Assembly: GCA_043228905.1 (NCBI GenBank)
Contig: JBHGNT010000018.1
Coordinates: 16,678,001 to 16,742,000 of the forward strand
DNA length: 64,000 nucleotides
Direction: 5' to 3'
DNA from: Azolla caroliniana
Lineage: Eukaryota > Plantae > Polypodiophyta
Below are positions 12,990 to 26,000 of this stretch, in pieces. Position numbers and translations under genes: made by a program. Position 1 is the first letter of the stretch, and each line of letters starts with the position of its first letter. The notes beneath the pieces were generated by a model. The model searched no databases and had not been told where the DNA came from. It saw only the letters and a program-made list of their open reading frames with translations.

Positions 12990-14840
12990 TGTTAACAACT
13001 TACCACTAGGGTAAGCTAATTACAATAAGAGAGAGAGAGAGAGAGAGAGACACACACACACACAAAAGCTCTATCAAAATGAGAAACGAAGAAGCTTTGT
13101 TTAAATAAAGAGGGTGTGCAAGACCCGCCTCAACAAGAGGCGACATGGTCGTCAATCGTTGGGACGTTGCACCAAAACTCAAGGATCTCCCCCTTAAGCA
13201 TCACTCGTGAACAAATCTTGTCTAATTATTCTTTTCTTCATATCTTCTTATTCTCCACAACATACTTGTTGTCTTAGGGTTTTATCTATTTCTTCTTCAT
13301 GAAATTCAAGGTTCGTAGTTTATGTTTATTTTTGAAAAATTACCTCACCCTTCTTACCTCTCTATTACAAAACATAATAAAGGAAAAAGAAAATTGTGAA
13401 GAGGGATATTTCAAAAAATAAGAAATGGAGTATTTTCATATTGAAGAAAAGCATTACATGGGGAGCATTCCCATAATTTCCAGAAAATCGCCTCCTTTCC
13501 TTTGTGCACACAAGCAACTTAAATAGCCATCAACTCAAATACTCGACCACTAATATCTCTAACTACTCCTAACAACTCTTCCATTAATTTCTCTAATCCT
13601 AACTACACCATAACACTCTCACGGGGAGAAGAGTTTCATCCTTGAAACTAAAGACACAATTACAATGACATGACCCTCTCAATCTGAAATCATAATGAGA
13701 AAGAGAAAAACAATGTCAAAAGTGGTTTTACCATACTAATGCAATAGGAAGTGTCTAAACCCTTGTGATTGTATTACAGATATAGATAGGGTGCCCAAAA
13801 CAAGAATATGGGATCTGAACGTAACAAACTTTCTTCAGAGATCCATGTCGCTTCCGAAATTGGTCTCCCTTTCCACTTGATAAAAATTTGTGTATTTCCA
13901 TTGTGCACTTGTTGTTTTGAGATTTCTTTAGGTTCTTCAGCTTCTTCACATAGATTAGTCTTCTGCATGAAATCTTTTAAGCAAAACATACATTAAATGT
14001 ATCATGCACCTTGACGAAACTAGGTTATTTCCTCTGGTATGTAACCCGATTAAAACTTTGTACTTCATACGGTTCATAATAATGATGCTTAAATTTGGGT
14101 GAGAGTTGTCCAGGTAATGGCCAATAAGCAGCACTAGCTAGGACCAAATCTCCTATGAAAAATTCAGTGTTGATGTTTTTTGTTGGTTGTGTGAAGCATT
14201 CATTTCTTCTTATTGTTGTAATACTTATTGTGCAGCCTGCATTGTTGCTTGCTAGCCTACTAGAAAAAGGTTGACATCGAGCTCTTTAATTTTATCTCGA
14301 ACCCCACAAGAGACCAATGCCAGTAGTGTAAGATCTTGCTTTCCTATTGGTATTTCAAAAGGAGAAAAACTAGTTGAAGGATGTTTAGATGAATTATAAC
14401 AAAATTCTAACATGTTGATATGATCCAACCAATCTTTCTGATATGCCTACACATTACAATGAATGTAGTCTTGATGACTCTGGTTTACCCTTTCCATTTG
14501 GCCAAATGTTTGGGGATGAGCCGTGAAAGACATCCAGAGTTGTGTCTATCAATTTGAAAAGCTCATGCCAAATCCAACTAGTAAAACTTGGATCCCTATC
14601 CAACATGATAGTTGCATGCATGCCATAATATTTAAATATATTTTTGAAGAACAATTTGGCTACTTGGAGGGATGTGAGAGGTGGTTTTGTTGGTATGAAG
14701 TGAGCTTGTTTAGAGAAATAGTCGATGATCACCATGATGGCATTATAACCTCTTGACACAAGCAAATCCATACTCATCGCATCCCATGATTACGCAAGTA
14801 AGTTGGCATGCGTTGTAGTAAGCCATATGGTTGTCCACGC
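12990..14840 (-). mobile_element. Decayed chromovirus Gypsy, 3' part (probable LTR ~12990-13615, chromodomain, integrase)
   Basis: Chromodomain EPKEI...IFIKWKGRPISEATWISEE at 13774-13989; integrase SMDL...IDYFSKQAHF...DRDPSFTS at 14454-14777. Confidence 0.75.
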
Positions 14841-15939
14841 TGTCGTGAAGATTTTCGGCAATAGTGTGAAAATCCCATAAAACGTACAAAATCGAGTATG
14901 AATCACATAATACAATAATTGTGACGATAACATTTTAAATAAATTTAGTATCTAAGTACAAAATGATGGAGGTTTCGAATGCACTTTATTACACGAGAAA
15001 CGGACAACTAAATGTCAAGATATGAGGGTATAAAGTTTGTGAAAGGAAAAGAGAAAATTGTGAGATATCCCACATAGGCATGACAAATACAACTCTCATA
15101 ATATATAAGGTAGAGCAAAAGCTATTATCTTTGTGTTTATGTGTGGAGCATAGAGAGTTCAAGGTAACTTGAACTAAGAGTGGAGGTGGGCTAGCTACTC
15201 GTAAAGGGTTTTGGCCAACCAAAACCGGACCGACGATGGAGCCGGTGATCCGGCGGCATCCGACGCAAGTGAGACGACGACATCCGGCGAGGCACCAGTA
15301 ACCAACGGCATCCGACGCCGATGAGGTGACGGCATCCGGCGAACCGGCGTCCAGTGACTAGATAAATAAATATATAAATATATATACATATATACATATA
15401 CAAGGAGGGCAAGTAAAGATTCGAACCTTGCACCTCCGAGTTAGGAGTTAATTGGCTTACCATTAAGCCATGCCATTTAGTTGAATTTATATTTCTATCA
15501 TTGTACTTTTACATGTAAATTCTCATACATGAGTGCTAAAATGAGTGACATGGTTATCATGCACCACATGTAATACATAAGCGCCAAATGGCAAACATGC
15601 ATTTTATGCATGTCTTGTACCCTCACATGCATCATACGCATGAGAGCATCTATAAAAGAAGGAAGGGGGAGGAGAAAAAACGCGTTTTTTTTTGTTATGA
15701 AATTAAGAAGAAGAAATTCGTTATCAAATTGATCGTGTAACTTGTTTTTTAAATCCAAAGATAAAAGTTCAATCAATCTCTCTCAATCGTTTAATTTCAA
15801 CTTCTCTCTTTCCCAATCTATCTTAAGTACTTTCTTGTTAAAGCTTGCGCCAAAGCTTGTACCGACTTTGAATCCTTCCGGTCCAGAACCCCGGTGGTTC
15901 CGCCTCACAATCCGCGTGTAGTGACGGATCTTCACGACA
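14841..15939 (+). repeat. 5' LTR (1099 bp)
   Basis: TG...CA ends, TATA-like atatataag near 15101, GC-rich gacggcatccggcg repeats at 15232-15355; aligns to the split 3' LTR. Confidence 0.95.
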
Positions 15940-15947
15940 TAATTAAG

Positions 15948-15964
15948 TGGTGAACCCGATGTGA
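15948..15964 (+). promoter_or_regulatory. Primer binding site complementary to tRNA-Trp 3' end
   Basis: TGGTGAACCCGATGTGA, 8 nt after the LTR end; matches the reverse complement of the plant tRNA-Trp end UCACGUCGGGUUCACCA (recalled) with one wobble. Confidence 0.75.
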
Positions 15965-16006
15965 AAGAGGCGGTAGGAAGGATCAAGTCGAGATTAATAC
16001 TTGGAG

Positions 16007-18205
16007 ATGGCGTCCTCAAGCAACCAAACGGGAGAGCTCGAAAGGATGATGCTAATCGTCGAGCAAATGATGAGATCTCGGGACAACGACGCGAGCGTGG
16101 AGAAGGCTGTCAATCGTGTCGTAGAGCTCGAGGGCCAATTCGATGGAAGGAACGTTACGAAGTTCCTTGATGCATATAGAAGGGAGATGAATCAGAGGGA
16201 CGTGTCCGAGGCACGTCAAATCGCAAGCTTCAAGAGAGTTGTCCCCAACAACATCCAAAGACGCGTCATCGAGCTTCAAGAAGGTAAGACAACATGGTCC
16301 AAGTTCGAGAAAACGATACTAGCGGAGTTCATGACTGAAGACTCAACGAGGATGACTCGACATGCCCTGATGAAGTGGATAGAGAAGAAGAATAAGAAGA
16401 TGAGCGTCTCGAGGGTGTACGACGAATTCGACTAGATGTTTAGTCGTCTCCCCAATACGGACCAAGTGTTGCTTGAAGAGGACAAGACTTTGTACTTCTT
16501 GAAGGCCGTGGACATAAAGGATAGACGGGAGTTGGGGACTCTTCTCGAAGATGATACCCAAGCAAATGGGCTCGTAGCAGACTGGATCGCGGTGAAGCGG
16601 GCATGCAATAGGCTCGACAAGCGTCGCCAATGGGTTGATGACACCGACTTGACGGGATCGACTACCACGGAGAAAGCAAGACCGCCGAAAGTAGCTGAGC
16701 CGCCAAGACAAAGTAACGTGGAAGAAAAGAAGATTGATGACGACATCATTGAAGAGCTAGCGAAGAAGTTCGAGAAGATCACGCTAGCCAACATGAATCG
16801 TCGGGGCCCTAAAGGAAAAGAACCCTTTAGATGCGTGTGGTGCGATAGTATGGACCACATGAGAAGGGATTGTGCGAGCCTTCGAGAGGCGATTCGACAA
16901 AATATCGTATACATAGAGGACAACATGATCTGCTCAAGCGAGACTAGAAGACCCCTATGGGTGAATTTCGGAAGAGGAGCGATGAAGAAATCTATGGAGG
17001 ATGCCGATGCGACTCATGTGGATGCGATGCACTATGCTGCATTGGCCGGAATAAGAGTCGGGAAAGACAAGACTGAAGTTGCTAGAGCGGGAGCAAAGTT
17101 TTGGACTTCCGTTCTCGAATATGAGAAGAAGGGAAAAGTCACATCGAATGAGGTAGAGCTTGCGGACTGAAGCGTGCAAAGCATAACCAGGTGGTCGGAT
17201 CCGGTGGACGACAACACCATACTCGCAGAGGTGATGTGCGACAACCACGAGGTGTTCGTCGAAGAAAAGAGAAAGAGAATAGAAGAGCAAGGCCCATCAA
17301 AAAGACATGAAACAAGGAATGCAAAAAAGAAGGACGATGTGGAGACGAGTCGACCTTTACAAACGGAGGAACGAGAAGCAAGCCGAAAAGGGGAGCCAAG
17401 CATACGAGTTGAAGAAACGGTTCGGCCCGTGAAGGTTGGTGTCGAAGACCCCGCTCGGAGGACAAGGACTATACCTACCTATAAGCTAAGGTCGGACATA
17501 GAGCAGACGACGGACCTAAAGAAGATTCTCGAAGAACGAGTTCTTGATAGCCACGTAACTTTGTCCTTGAGGGAATTGCTTGGCATTATGAAGAAGGAGT
17601 TCCATGACACGATCGTGGACCTTGTAAAGAGAAAGAGACAACAATCGGACGAGGAAGAAGAGAAGCCGCAAAAAGCAAAAATGAATGCCATAACGATGGC
17701 AAGAGACGAAGTTGATGAAGATATGGTAGACAGCCACTATACTCGACCTCATTGGGCACGAGGGACAACGGAGACGCCGGTGAAGATCGGGGAGAATAAA
17801 GAGACTGTGGTAGCCTTGATCGACCATGGCTCGGAGATCAAACTCATGTCAACCGACTTCTACAAAAAAGGAAGATGGCCAATCAATACAAGCCACGAAT
17901 GGAAGATTCGCGCGGCAACAAAGTCTACGGAGGACTTGTACGGAGCTTGTCCCAATGTCAAAGTCACGATCGGGGATGTGGACATGGATCAACACTTCTT
18001 CGTACAAGAATCGGCGTCGCATCCTGTCATCCTAGGGCAACCTTATATCACATCATCTCGGCTGGAGACCAAAGTGTTCGATAATGGAGCATCCTTCGCA
18101 CGAATAAAGAGTCCTGACAACCAAAGATCGGTCCAATTCCTAACGGTGCGAGCCAATCATGAAAGGAATCGAGATAGTCTCGGAGGCGAATCCTTGGATT
18201 TTTAG
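16007..18205 (+). pseudogene. gag-protease ORF with two in-frame stops (16433-16435, 17168-17170)
   Basis: FDGRNVTKFL gag start, CVWCDSMDHMRRDC knuckle, ALIDHGSEI protease site, VILGQPY; one frame throughout. Confidence 0.9.
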
Positions 18206-20640
18206 AGCGGACTATTGAAGCATGGGGCACAAATAGTCCGAGAAATCACAAGACCCCACAAGAAAGAAGAGTGCGTGGATTGCAAGGAGAAGCAACATGT
18301 GTCACACCTAGTGGCGCATGTAAACTAGTACTACCCGACAAGAAGCACAAGCGCCGGATACAAGAATTCGAGAAGATGCTAAAAGAAGAGAACATAATAG
18401 AAGAAGGAGAGTTCGTGACTCATATTATGGAAGAAGCCTCATTTAAGGACACCATCGGCGAAATCGAGGACGTCGTGGACTTGAGCTATCTTCACAACCA
18501 ACGCGTGATTTCGGTTAACTCCGTCAACATGTACGCTATCATCGATGAATACCGTTGTGGCATCTCGATGAAGGAAGCTGACATCAACACGAAATATAAA
18601 ACGGTGGATAAGAAGATCAAGCCAGTTGCAGTTCCGCTACCGGAAGATAGCTGGCAAAAGATGAAGGAAGTCGCTAACGATCCAAGCTTAAGAGATCCGA
18701 AGAAGATAGGTCATGTGTTCACCAAAGAGACGAAGGGGAAGCTACGAGTTGGAAAGGAGGATTTCCTTCTCCCTGAAGAGGAGCGAATGTTTCGCGATAT
18801 GCTTGAGAGACATGGGAAGGCTTTCGCATTCTTCCTACGAGAAATCGGATGCGCCGACCCAAAGGTTATAGAGCCGATGGTGATCTTCACGGTGCCTCAT
18901 GTGCCTTGGAATTTGAAACCGATACCAGTTCTGAGAGCACACCTTCCAAAGCTGATCGAACTCTTAAAGGAGAAGGTGAGTATGGGAATTCTAGAACCGT
19001 CGAATGCTCCTTATTCCAATACGTGGTTCACGGTGCCAAAGAAGAATGGATCATTGCGATTCATCCAAGATCTTCAACCCGTCAACAAGGTGACAATTCG
19101 AAATGCCGGAATCGATCCGAGCGTGGACAAATTTGCCGAAGCGTTTGCGGGCCGGTCCATCTACTCCATTGGCGATCTCTACTCCGGATATGACCAATTC
19201 CAATTGGCGATCGACAGTCGGGACATTACAACCATGAGGACTCCGATCGGGCTTGTGCGGATGTGTACCTTACCCCAAGGCGCAACGAACTCGGTGGTTC
19301 ATATGGTGAATGCCATGAATAAAGTCTTGAAGGATTGCATCCCGGACATCACGATGCCATTCTTGGATGATATTCCGATAAAAGGATGTTCGGATGAGGA
19401 GAAAGATGAATCGAAAGATAAGGAAGGTTGTAGAAAGTTCGTTGCGGATCATATGAAAGATTGCGAGAAGGTGCTTCAAAGGCTCGAAGATGCGAGTTTG
19501 ACATTTTCGGGAGTGCTTGGGCAGGTCATAGAGGAACATGGGCGACGTTCGAAAAGTTGAAGGAGAAGTACTAGTGGCCAAGCATGTACAAAGATGTACT
19601 CCATTTCGTGTCCACATGCGAAACTTGCCAAATATATTCAAATATACGTCATCGTGATGAGTTACAGCCGACATACCCACTCACCATACACTTCAAATGG
19701 ATGGTGGATCTGGTCTCGATGCCAATGGGAGTGGGACAAATGAAGTACTTAGCGCTGGCAAGGGAAGACTTGACAAATCAAGTGGAAGGACGAGCCTTGA
19801 CAAATAAGATGACTTCAGCCGTTTGCAAATTTCTGCTTGAAGAGGTTGTTTGCCGATATGGATGTGTAGGGAAGATAGTGGCCGACCGAGGGGAGTTGGA
19901 CGCGCACGAAGCGACGGAGCTCTTCGAAAGACTAGGCGTGAAGCTCTCCCTCACAACTGCCTACAATCCGGAAGTGAATGGGAAGATCGAGCAAGGGCAT
20001 GGACCTATCGTTAAAGCCATCGTACGGGCATGCAACGGTCGAGTCGGGAATTGGCCACGACTATTACCCTATGCCTTGTGGGCCGATAGAACGACACATA
20101 GCTCGGTGATAGGGTATATGCCGACAAAGCTTATGTATGGACAAAAGCCGATTATGCCCATCAAAAGGACGATCGCCTCATGGGTAGCGATACCATGGGA
20201 GAACGAGATGAGCCGAGAAGAGTTATTAGCAGGGCGGATAAGGCAACTTGAAAGAAGACCTCAAGATTTAGAAAAAGCGCCAAAGATGATGGAGGCAGCC
20301 CGAGTAAAGAACAAAATTCGGTTCGACAACACGCATCGACTTCGTCCCAAGAAGATTGAAGAAGGGGATTGAGTTTTGGTTTACGACAGCACCCTTGACA
20401 ATCAACACAGTACAACAAGGAAGTTCGCAAGAAGATGGTTCGGGCCGTATGTGGTGACAAGTGCCAACGATAATGCCACATAACACCTTGCGGAACTAGA
20501 CGGATCAAGGTTGGTCGTACCCATTGCGGGAAAAAGAGTAAAGATTTTCAAGAAAAGACAAGACATGGATCCTAACCTCGATCACCTCGACGATGAACAT
20601 AATAGAGCGGATGTAAATGAAGACATGGAGGAATCTAATT
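18199..20640 (+). pseudogene. pol (RT and integrase) with a deletion of the RT C-terminus and RNase H near 19512
   Basis: RT motifs YSIGDLYSGYDQ, LPQGATNS, FLDDIP. LTFSG is fused directly to integrase zinc-finger sequence (WAGHRG...CETC); DDE residues MVDL, ADRG, GKIEQGH. Confidence 0.9.
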
Positions 20641-20697
20641 GATCACCGTAGCCGAAATCTCACTTTCTCTCTTCTTGGCACGTATCGGAGGACGTGC

Positions 20698-20714
20698 GGT
20701 TTGGTGGGGGTGGA
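20698..20714 (+). promoter_or_regulatory. Polypurine tract
   Basis: ggtttggtgggggtgga immediately before the 3' LTR TG. Confidence 0.75.
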
Positions 20715-21361
20715 TGTCGTGAAGATTTTCGGCAATAGTGTGAAAATCCATAAAACGTACAAAATCGAGTATGAATCACATAATACAATAATTGTGAAGA
20801 TAAAATTTTAAATAAATTTAGTATCTAAGTACAAAATGATGGAGGTTTCAAATGCACTTTATTACACGAGAAACAGACAACTAAATGTCAAGATATGAGG
20901 GTATAAAGTTTGTGAAAGGAAAAGAGAAAATTGTGAGATATCCCACATAGGCACGACAAATACGGCTCTCATCATATATAAGGTAGAGCAAAAGATATTA
21001 TCTTTGTGTTTATGTGTGGAGCATAGAGAGTTCAAGGTAACTTGAACTAAGAGTGGAGGTGGGCTAGCTACTCGTAAAGGGTTTTGGCCAACCAAAACCG
21101 GACCGACGATGGAGCCGGTGATCCAGCGGCATCCGGTGACGGCATCCGACGGCATCCGGCGAGGCACCGGTAACCGACGGCATCCGGCGAGGCACCGATA
21201 ATCGACGGCATCCGGCGACGAAGAGGTGACGGCATCTGGAGCCGGTGAGACGACGGCATCCGGCGAGGCACTGGTAACCGACGGCATCTGACGCCGGTAA
21301 GGCGACGGCATCCGGCGAACCGGCGTCCAGTGACTAGATAAATAAATATATAAATATATAT

Positions 21362-21387
21362 GGGTCGAAGCATGCTACGGTGTACCA
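21362..21387 (+). repeat. Left TIR
   Basis: Reverse complement of 33518-33543 (24/26); gapped similarity continues through ttttggcca..aaaatt..agtact. Confidence 0.92.
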
Positions 21388-21477
21388 ACTTTTGGCCAAA
21401 AATTTAGTACTAAATCGAAGAAGAAAAGAAACATTAAAAATTGTAAATAAATTTCAAAAAACCAAAAACAAATTCAT

Positions 21478-21525
21478 TACGTCACACTCGAATGTTCAAA
21501 GATATTATACGTCACACTCGAATGT
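21478..21525 (+). promoter_or_regulatory. 18-bp direct repeat containing ACGTCA, putative promoter element of the + gene
   Basis: tacgtcacactcgaatgt at 21478-21495 and 21508-21525; ACGTCA is the plant bZIP/histone hexamer motif. Confidence 0.4.
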
Positions 21526-21674
21526 CCCTAGGCCATATTTAATGCATTAAGTGTTGCCCCAGTCTCCTAGGTAGAGTTGTACGAAAGCACACCTGGAGAA
21601 GGTTTCCATTGTGACAGGTGGTCAGTGTCAATCTCTCTCTCTCTGGTATTGGTAGTCGAACATGTCAGTTGGTA

Positions 21675-21686
21675 TGTCTCTCTCTC

Positions 21687-21728
<42 letters not shown>

Positions 21729-21817
21729 GTCTCGAAGTTGTCAGACAGACACCTTCGAAGGTCTGTTTCTCTCTGTCTCTCACTCACTCTCTGTCTCTCT
21801 GTCTCTCTGTCTGTCTG

Positions 21818-21875
<58 letters not shown>

Positions 21876-22240
21876 GTCTCGAAGTTGTCAGACAGACACC
21901 GTCGAGGGTCTGTTTCTCTTTGTCTCTCACTCACTCTCTGTCTCTCTCTCTCTCTCTTCTACCTCGAAGTTGTCAGACAGACACCTTCGAAGGTCTGTTT
22001 CTCTCTGTCTCTCACTCCACCTTCGAAGGTCTCTTTCTTTCTTTCTTTCTGTTTCTCTCTCTCACTCCACCTTCGATTCTCTGTTTCCCCGTTGTTGTTG
22101 TTCTTGTGTTCCCCTCTGTGCCAGGTTCGATCTCTGAACTCTGTATACGCAGCAGCCTCTGCAGCAGCCTCTGAAGTTTGTCTCCTCTGCAGCAGCCTCT
22201 GAAGTTTGCTCGTTTGTCTCCTCTGCAGCAGCCTCTGACG
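21675..22240 (+). repeat. Subterminal (CT)n microsatellites with three copies of a ~55-bp unit, then ctgcagcagcct repeats
   Basis: tcgaagttgtcagacagacaccttcgaaggtctgtttctctctg at ~21732, ~21878, ~21964; ctctgcagcagcctctga at 22157-22238. Confidence 0.85.
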
Positions 22241-23008
22241 TTTTGCTCGTTTGTCATCCTGAAGTTTTCTCGTTTGTCTCCCAAGGTATCGAAATCAAGA
22301 CGGTGTGGTACCTCTGCAAGTTTAGCGACCTCCAGGTATTCTCTGTGTTGCATGCCCAACTGGTATGTATTCTTTTTCTGAATGTTTCCTCTCTGTCTGT
22401 TTTTTATTTGTATGTGTATGACCATTTGTAGGTTTTGATTATTCATAGTCTATGTGTTGCATGCCCAACTGGTATGTTTTTGTTTTCTCTGTGTTTCTCT
22501 GTGTTTCTTTTAAAAATGTATCACAATATTTTGTTCGATGTGGTTGTGTGTTAGACATGTTTGTACATGTGGCCAAAATGGAGTTGGCTATGATGAGTTG
22601 CTATGTTTTTGTTTTGTTAATGTTTCATGTCCATCTGTTTTTATTTTGTGTGAGTTTGGCATGGATGAGTTTTTTTCCTACTATTTTGGGTTTTTGTATG
22701 TTGGACATGGCTTGTACATGCGATGTGATGGAGTTGGTTATGATGATTTACAAAGTTTTCGTTTTCTTTGACTTTCCTATTCGTCTGTTTTTATTTTCTG
22801 TGTGTTTGACATGGATGAGTTTTATTTTCTGTGTGTTTGACTATTTAGGGTTATTGTGTGTTGATTTGCAATGTGATGATTTGCTATGTGGTTTGTACAT
22901 GTGGTTTGTACATGCAATGTGATGATTTGCTATGTGTTGATGGTAATTGCGATGTGTTGATGGTAATTGATTTGCTATGTGTTGATGAGAATTGTGTTGA
23001 CTAGGAAA

Positions 23009-26000
23009 ATGACGAGAAGGACACCCATAAAGAAGACATTGATGAAAGAGAAAGTGAAGACACCAGTGAAGGAAGGAAGAAGGACACCCATGAAAGAAAG
23101 CAAGAAGACACCCACAAGAGAAAGGGTGATGAATTCATCAACACAGAGAAAGAAGACCTGGCAGTACCAGTCCATCAGTCGAGACACACCTCTTGGATGG
23201 AATTATTTCCTTCGGGCACGACCTGACGTTTACCCAGAGCTGAGAGAGTGGTTGTTAAAAACCTGGGGGTCAGCACATCCCGACACAAGGCGAGGATTCC
23301 ACATGAGTGGTTTGAAGAGGGAATACATCAATTTATTGAAGACGAGATACGAACATGTTTATGATACAAATCAAATCACTAACAATGAGGTGGGTACTGT
23401 TTTTGCACGTGCTTTTGCATGTGAAGTTCAAGGTGGCATCGACGTTAATTGGGAAGATTTTAATCGGCACCGGTCAGAACATTACAAAGGGTCCTCCAGT
23501 ACCAACACTGGCTTGAAGTCATCTGGAACCTCTCATGTGGATATTCCAGCTACAACACCTGTCCAACAAGTTCTAGAGGCAAAGGTACGGGCCACAATGA
23601 CTGAAAAACATGAACAGATGATGGCTGGTTGCATAGCTTCTATGAGCTCAAGAATACAAGCACTACTTGCTGATTTGGAAGCAGTTAAATCAGCTGAGAT
23701 ACAGGCAGAAAAGAAATTTTCTTCAATAAAGACTACATATGAATGGATTGCATCGACAATCCAAAATTCAGAAAGTGAGGTGTTGAAAGAGGAGTTGAAG
23801 AAAGAGCTGAACAATATGGGTGCTCAATTACATTCACAGATGACAGACCTTGATACTTGCAGGAATGCACATGAAGAAATAGATAATAAGTTGTCAGCCT
23901 TAAAGTTGCATTCTGAGAACCTTGCATGCTTGATGCAGGATTTAAAACATAATGGTTTTGATACTTTGTGTCCATCTGTAATTGAGCACCCAAGTGGTAT
24001 AGAAAGTACCATTACTAGTATAGCTATATCACGGTATTAGCTTTAAAAGTTATTTATTTCTACTTTTATGGTATAAATAAGTGAGCAGCTAATATATTAT
24101 AACTTGTGTTTGCAATCTTCCAGGTGTATATTTTGTGGCCTCGGATTCAAGCTGGAGGCTATGGATGTTGTGATTACACCATGCTTGCACACATATCATG
24201 TGCTATGTGCTAAGTATCATTTTGAGAAAGAGAATACATGTATGGACTGTAAAACTACAATTGCGGCTGAGTGGTACTATGCTTGGGGTTTAAAAGTACA
24301 CCCGTACGGTATGTGGCTCTACTATTCTATTGTTTGTATTATATAATGTCAATTATCATTTGGACTAGAACTAGTGTATGCCACAATTCATACTTAAAAT
24401 TTAGGAGAACAATGGATTAGTATTAGTGTATCTCTAACAACAATGGGATAGTATTGGCAGTACTCTTAATATATAATTGGTATGTGTAGTTAGTTGAAGG
24501 GATATTTTCCAGAATTAGTAGTACTAAAAGGGAACCAGGTACAACATCGTCCAATCTATATTGTAACTTGCCTAGTATTAGTTTAGTAAACACTATACTT
24601 ATAGTACACTGTTGACTGTTAGTATTGTTTGTGTAACTTGGAAATTAGTACTAGTAATGTAATTTGGGAACAAGGTGTCACTTAAATTGCTGAATAATAG
24701 TACAGTTTCTGTAATTTGGAAATGAGGTGTGTGAAACACATATCACGTTTAGTACTAATACTGTTCAAGTTCAATACTGTTGGTGTAATTAGTACAAGTT
24801 ATGTAACTAGGTGTGTAGAACACATATCACGTTTAGTATTACTTGTGTGCAAAATACCAATCTACATTTGTTGGATTAGTACTTAGTAATTACTACATTG
24901 TTCATGATTAGTACTAGTTTTGTACTTTGTGAACTAAGTTTCTAGTACATTGCTCATGATTAGTAATAGTTTTGTAACTAAGTGAGTAGTACATTGCTCA
25001 TGATTAGTACTAGTTTTGTAATTTGGGAACTGAGTAGTACTTTGTTCCCTATTAGTACTAGATTTGTACCTTATTTGTGTAAATTGGTAACTAAGTGAGT
25101 AGTATATTGTGCATGATTAGTACTATTTGTGTAATTTGGGAACTAAGTGAGCAGTACATTGTTCGGGATTAGTACTAGTTCAGTGATTTAGGAAATAAGT
25201 GAGTAGTACATTGTTCAAGATTAGTACTACTTATAAATTTGACAAAGTCAGTGGTGCATTTTTCGGGATTAGTACTTGTGCATGATTAGTACTACTTGTG
25301 TATATTGTGCATGATTAGTACTATTTGTGTAATTTGCGAACTAAGTGAGCAGTACATTGTTCCTTATAAGTACTAGTCCACTAATTTAGGAAACAAGTGA
25401 GTAGTACATTGTTCATGATTAGTACAGTGGTACATTGTTCGGGATTAGTACTCCTTGTGTAACATGGTAACTAAGTGAGTAGTATATTCTGCATGATTAG
25501 TACTACTTGTGTATATTGTGCATGATTAGTACTACTTGTGTAAATTGGGAACTAAGTGAGCAGTACATTGTTCCTTATTAGTACTAGTTCAGTAAATTAG
25601 GAACTATGTGAGGAGTACATTGTGACCTACATTGTATATTTTAGATGATGGTACTAACGTTCAACGTTTTTTTGTTTCTTGCAATGAATGTCGTAGTGTC
25701 AAGCAACTCCACGCCAGGGAAGGTCATGGAACTACCAGCCCCTGTGCCTAAACCCTCAATATCTGCCGCACATTCCAAGGTTCAGGGACCATCATTACCA
25801 ATAACCTATGATTTTTATGATGAGGATGAATGTATGAGAAGGGCCATTGGAGCAGTGGAACATATGCTTCTACAAACAAATTCCCCAAGCTCCGGTCAAC
25901 AATTTGAAATAGAGCCCACTAAGAAGAGAAATGATGTGTCTTTAGAAATAGAGCCCAGTAAGAAGAGAAATGCTGCAAGAATGTTGTATGGAAACGGCAA

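Noticed and set aside
21577-22446. Several long overlapping ORFs rich in SL/ER repeats
   Set aside because: Artefacts of (CT)n microsatellites, which lack stop codons
22452-22922. 156-aa hydrophobic Cys/Phe-rich ORF
   Set aside because: TG-rich low-complexity sequence, probably a 5' UTR intron (donor 22336, acceptor 23004) of the RING gene
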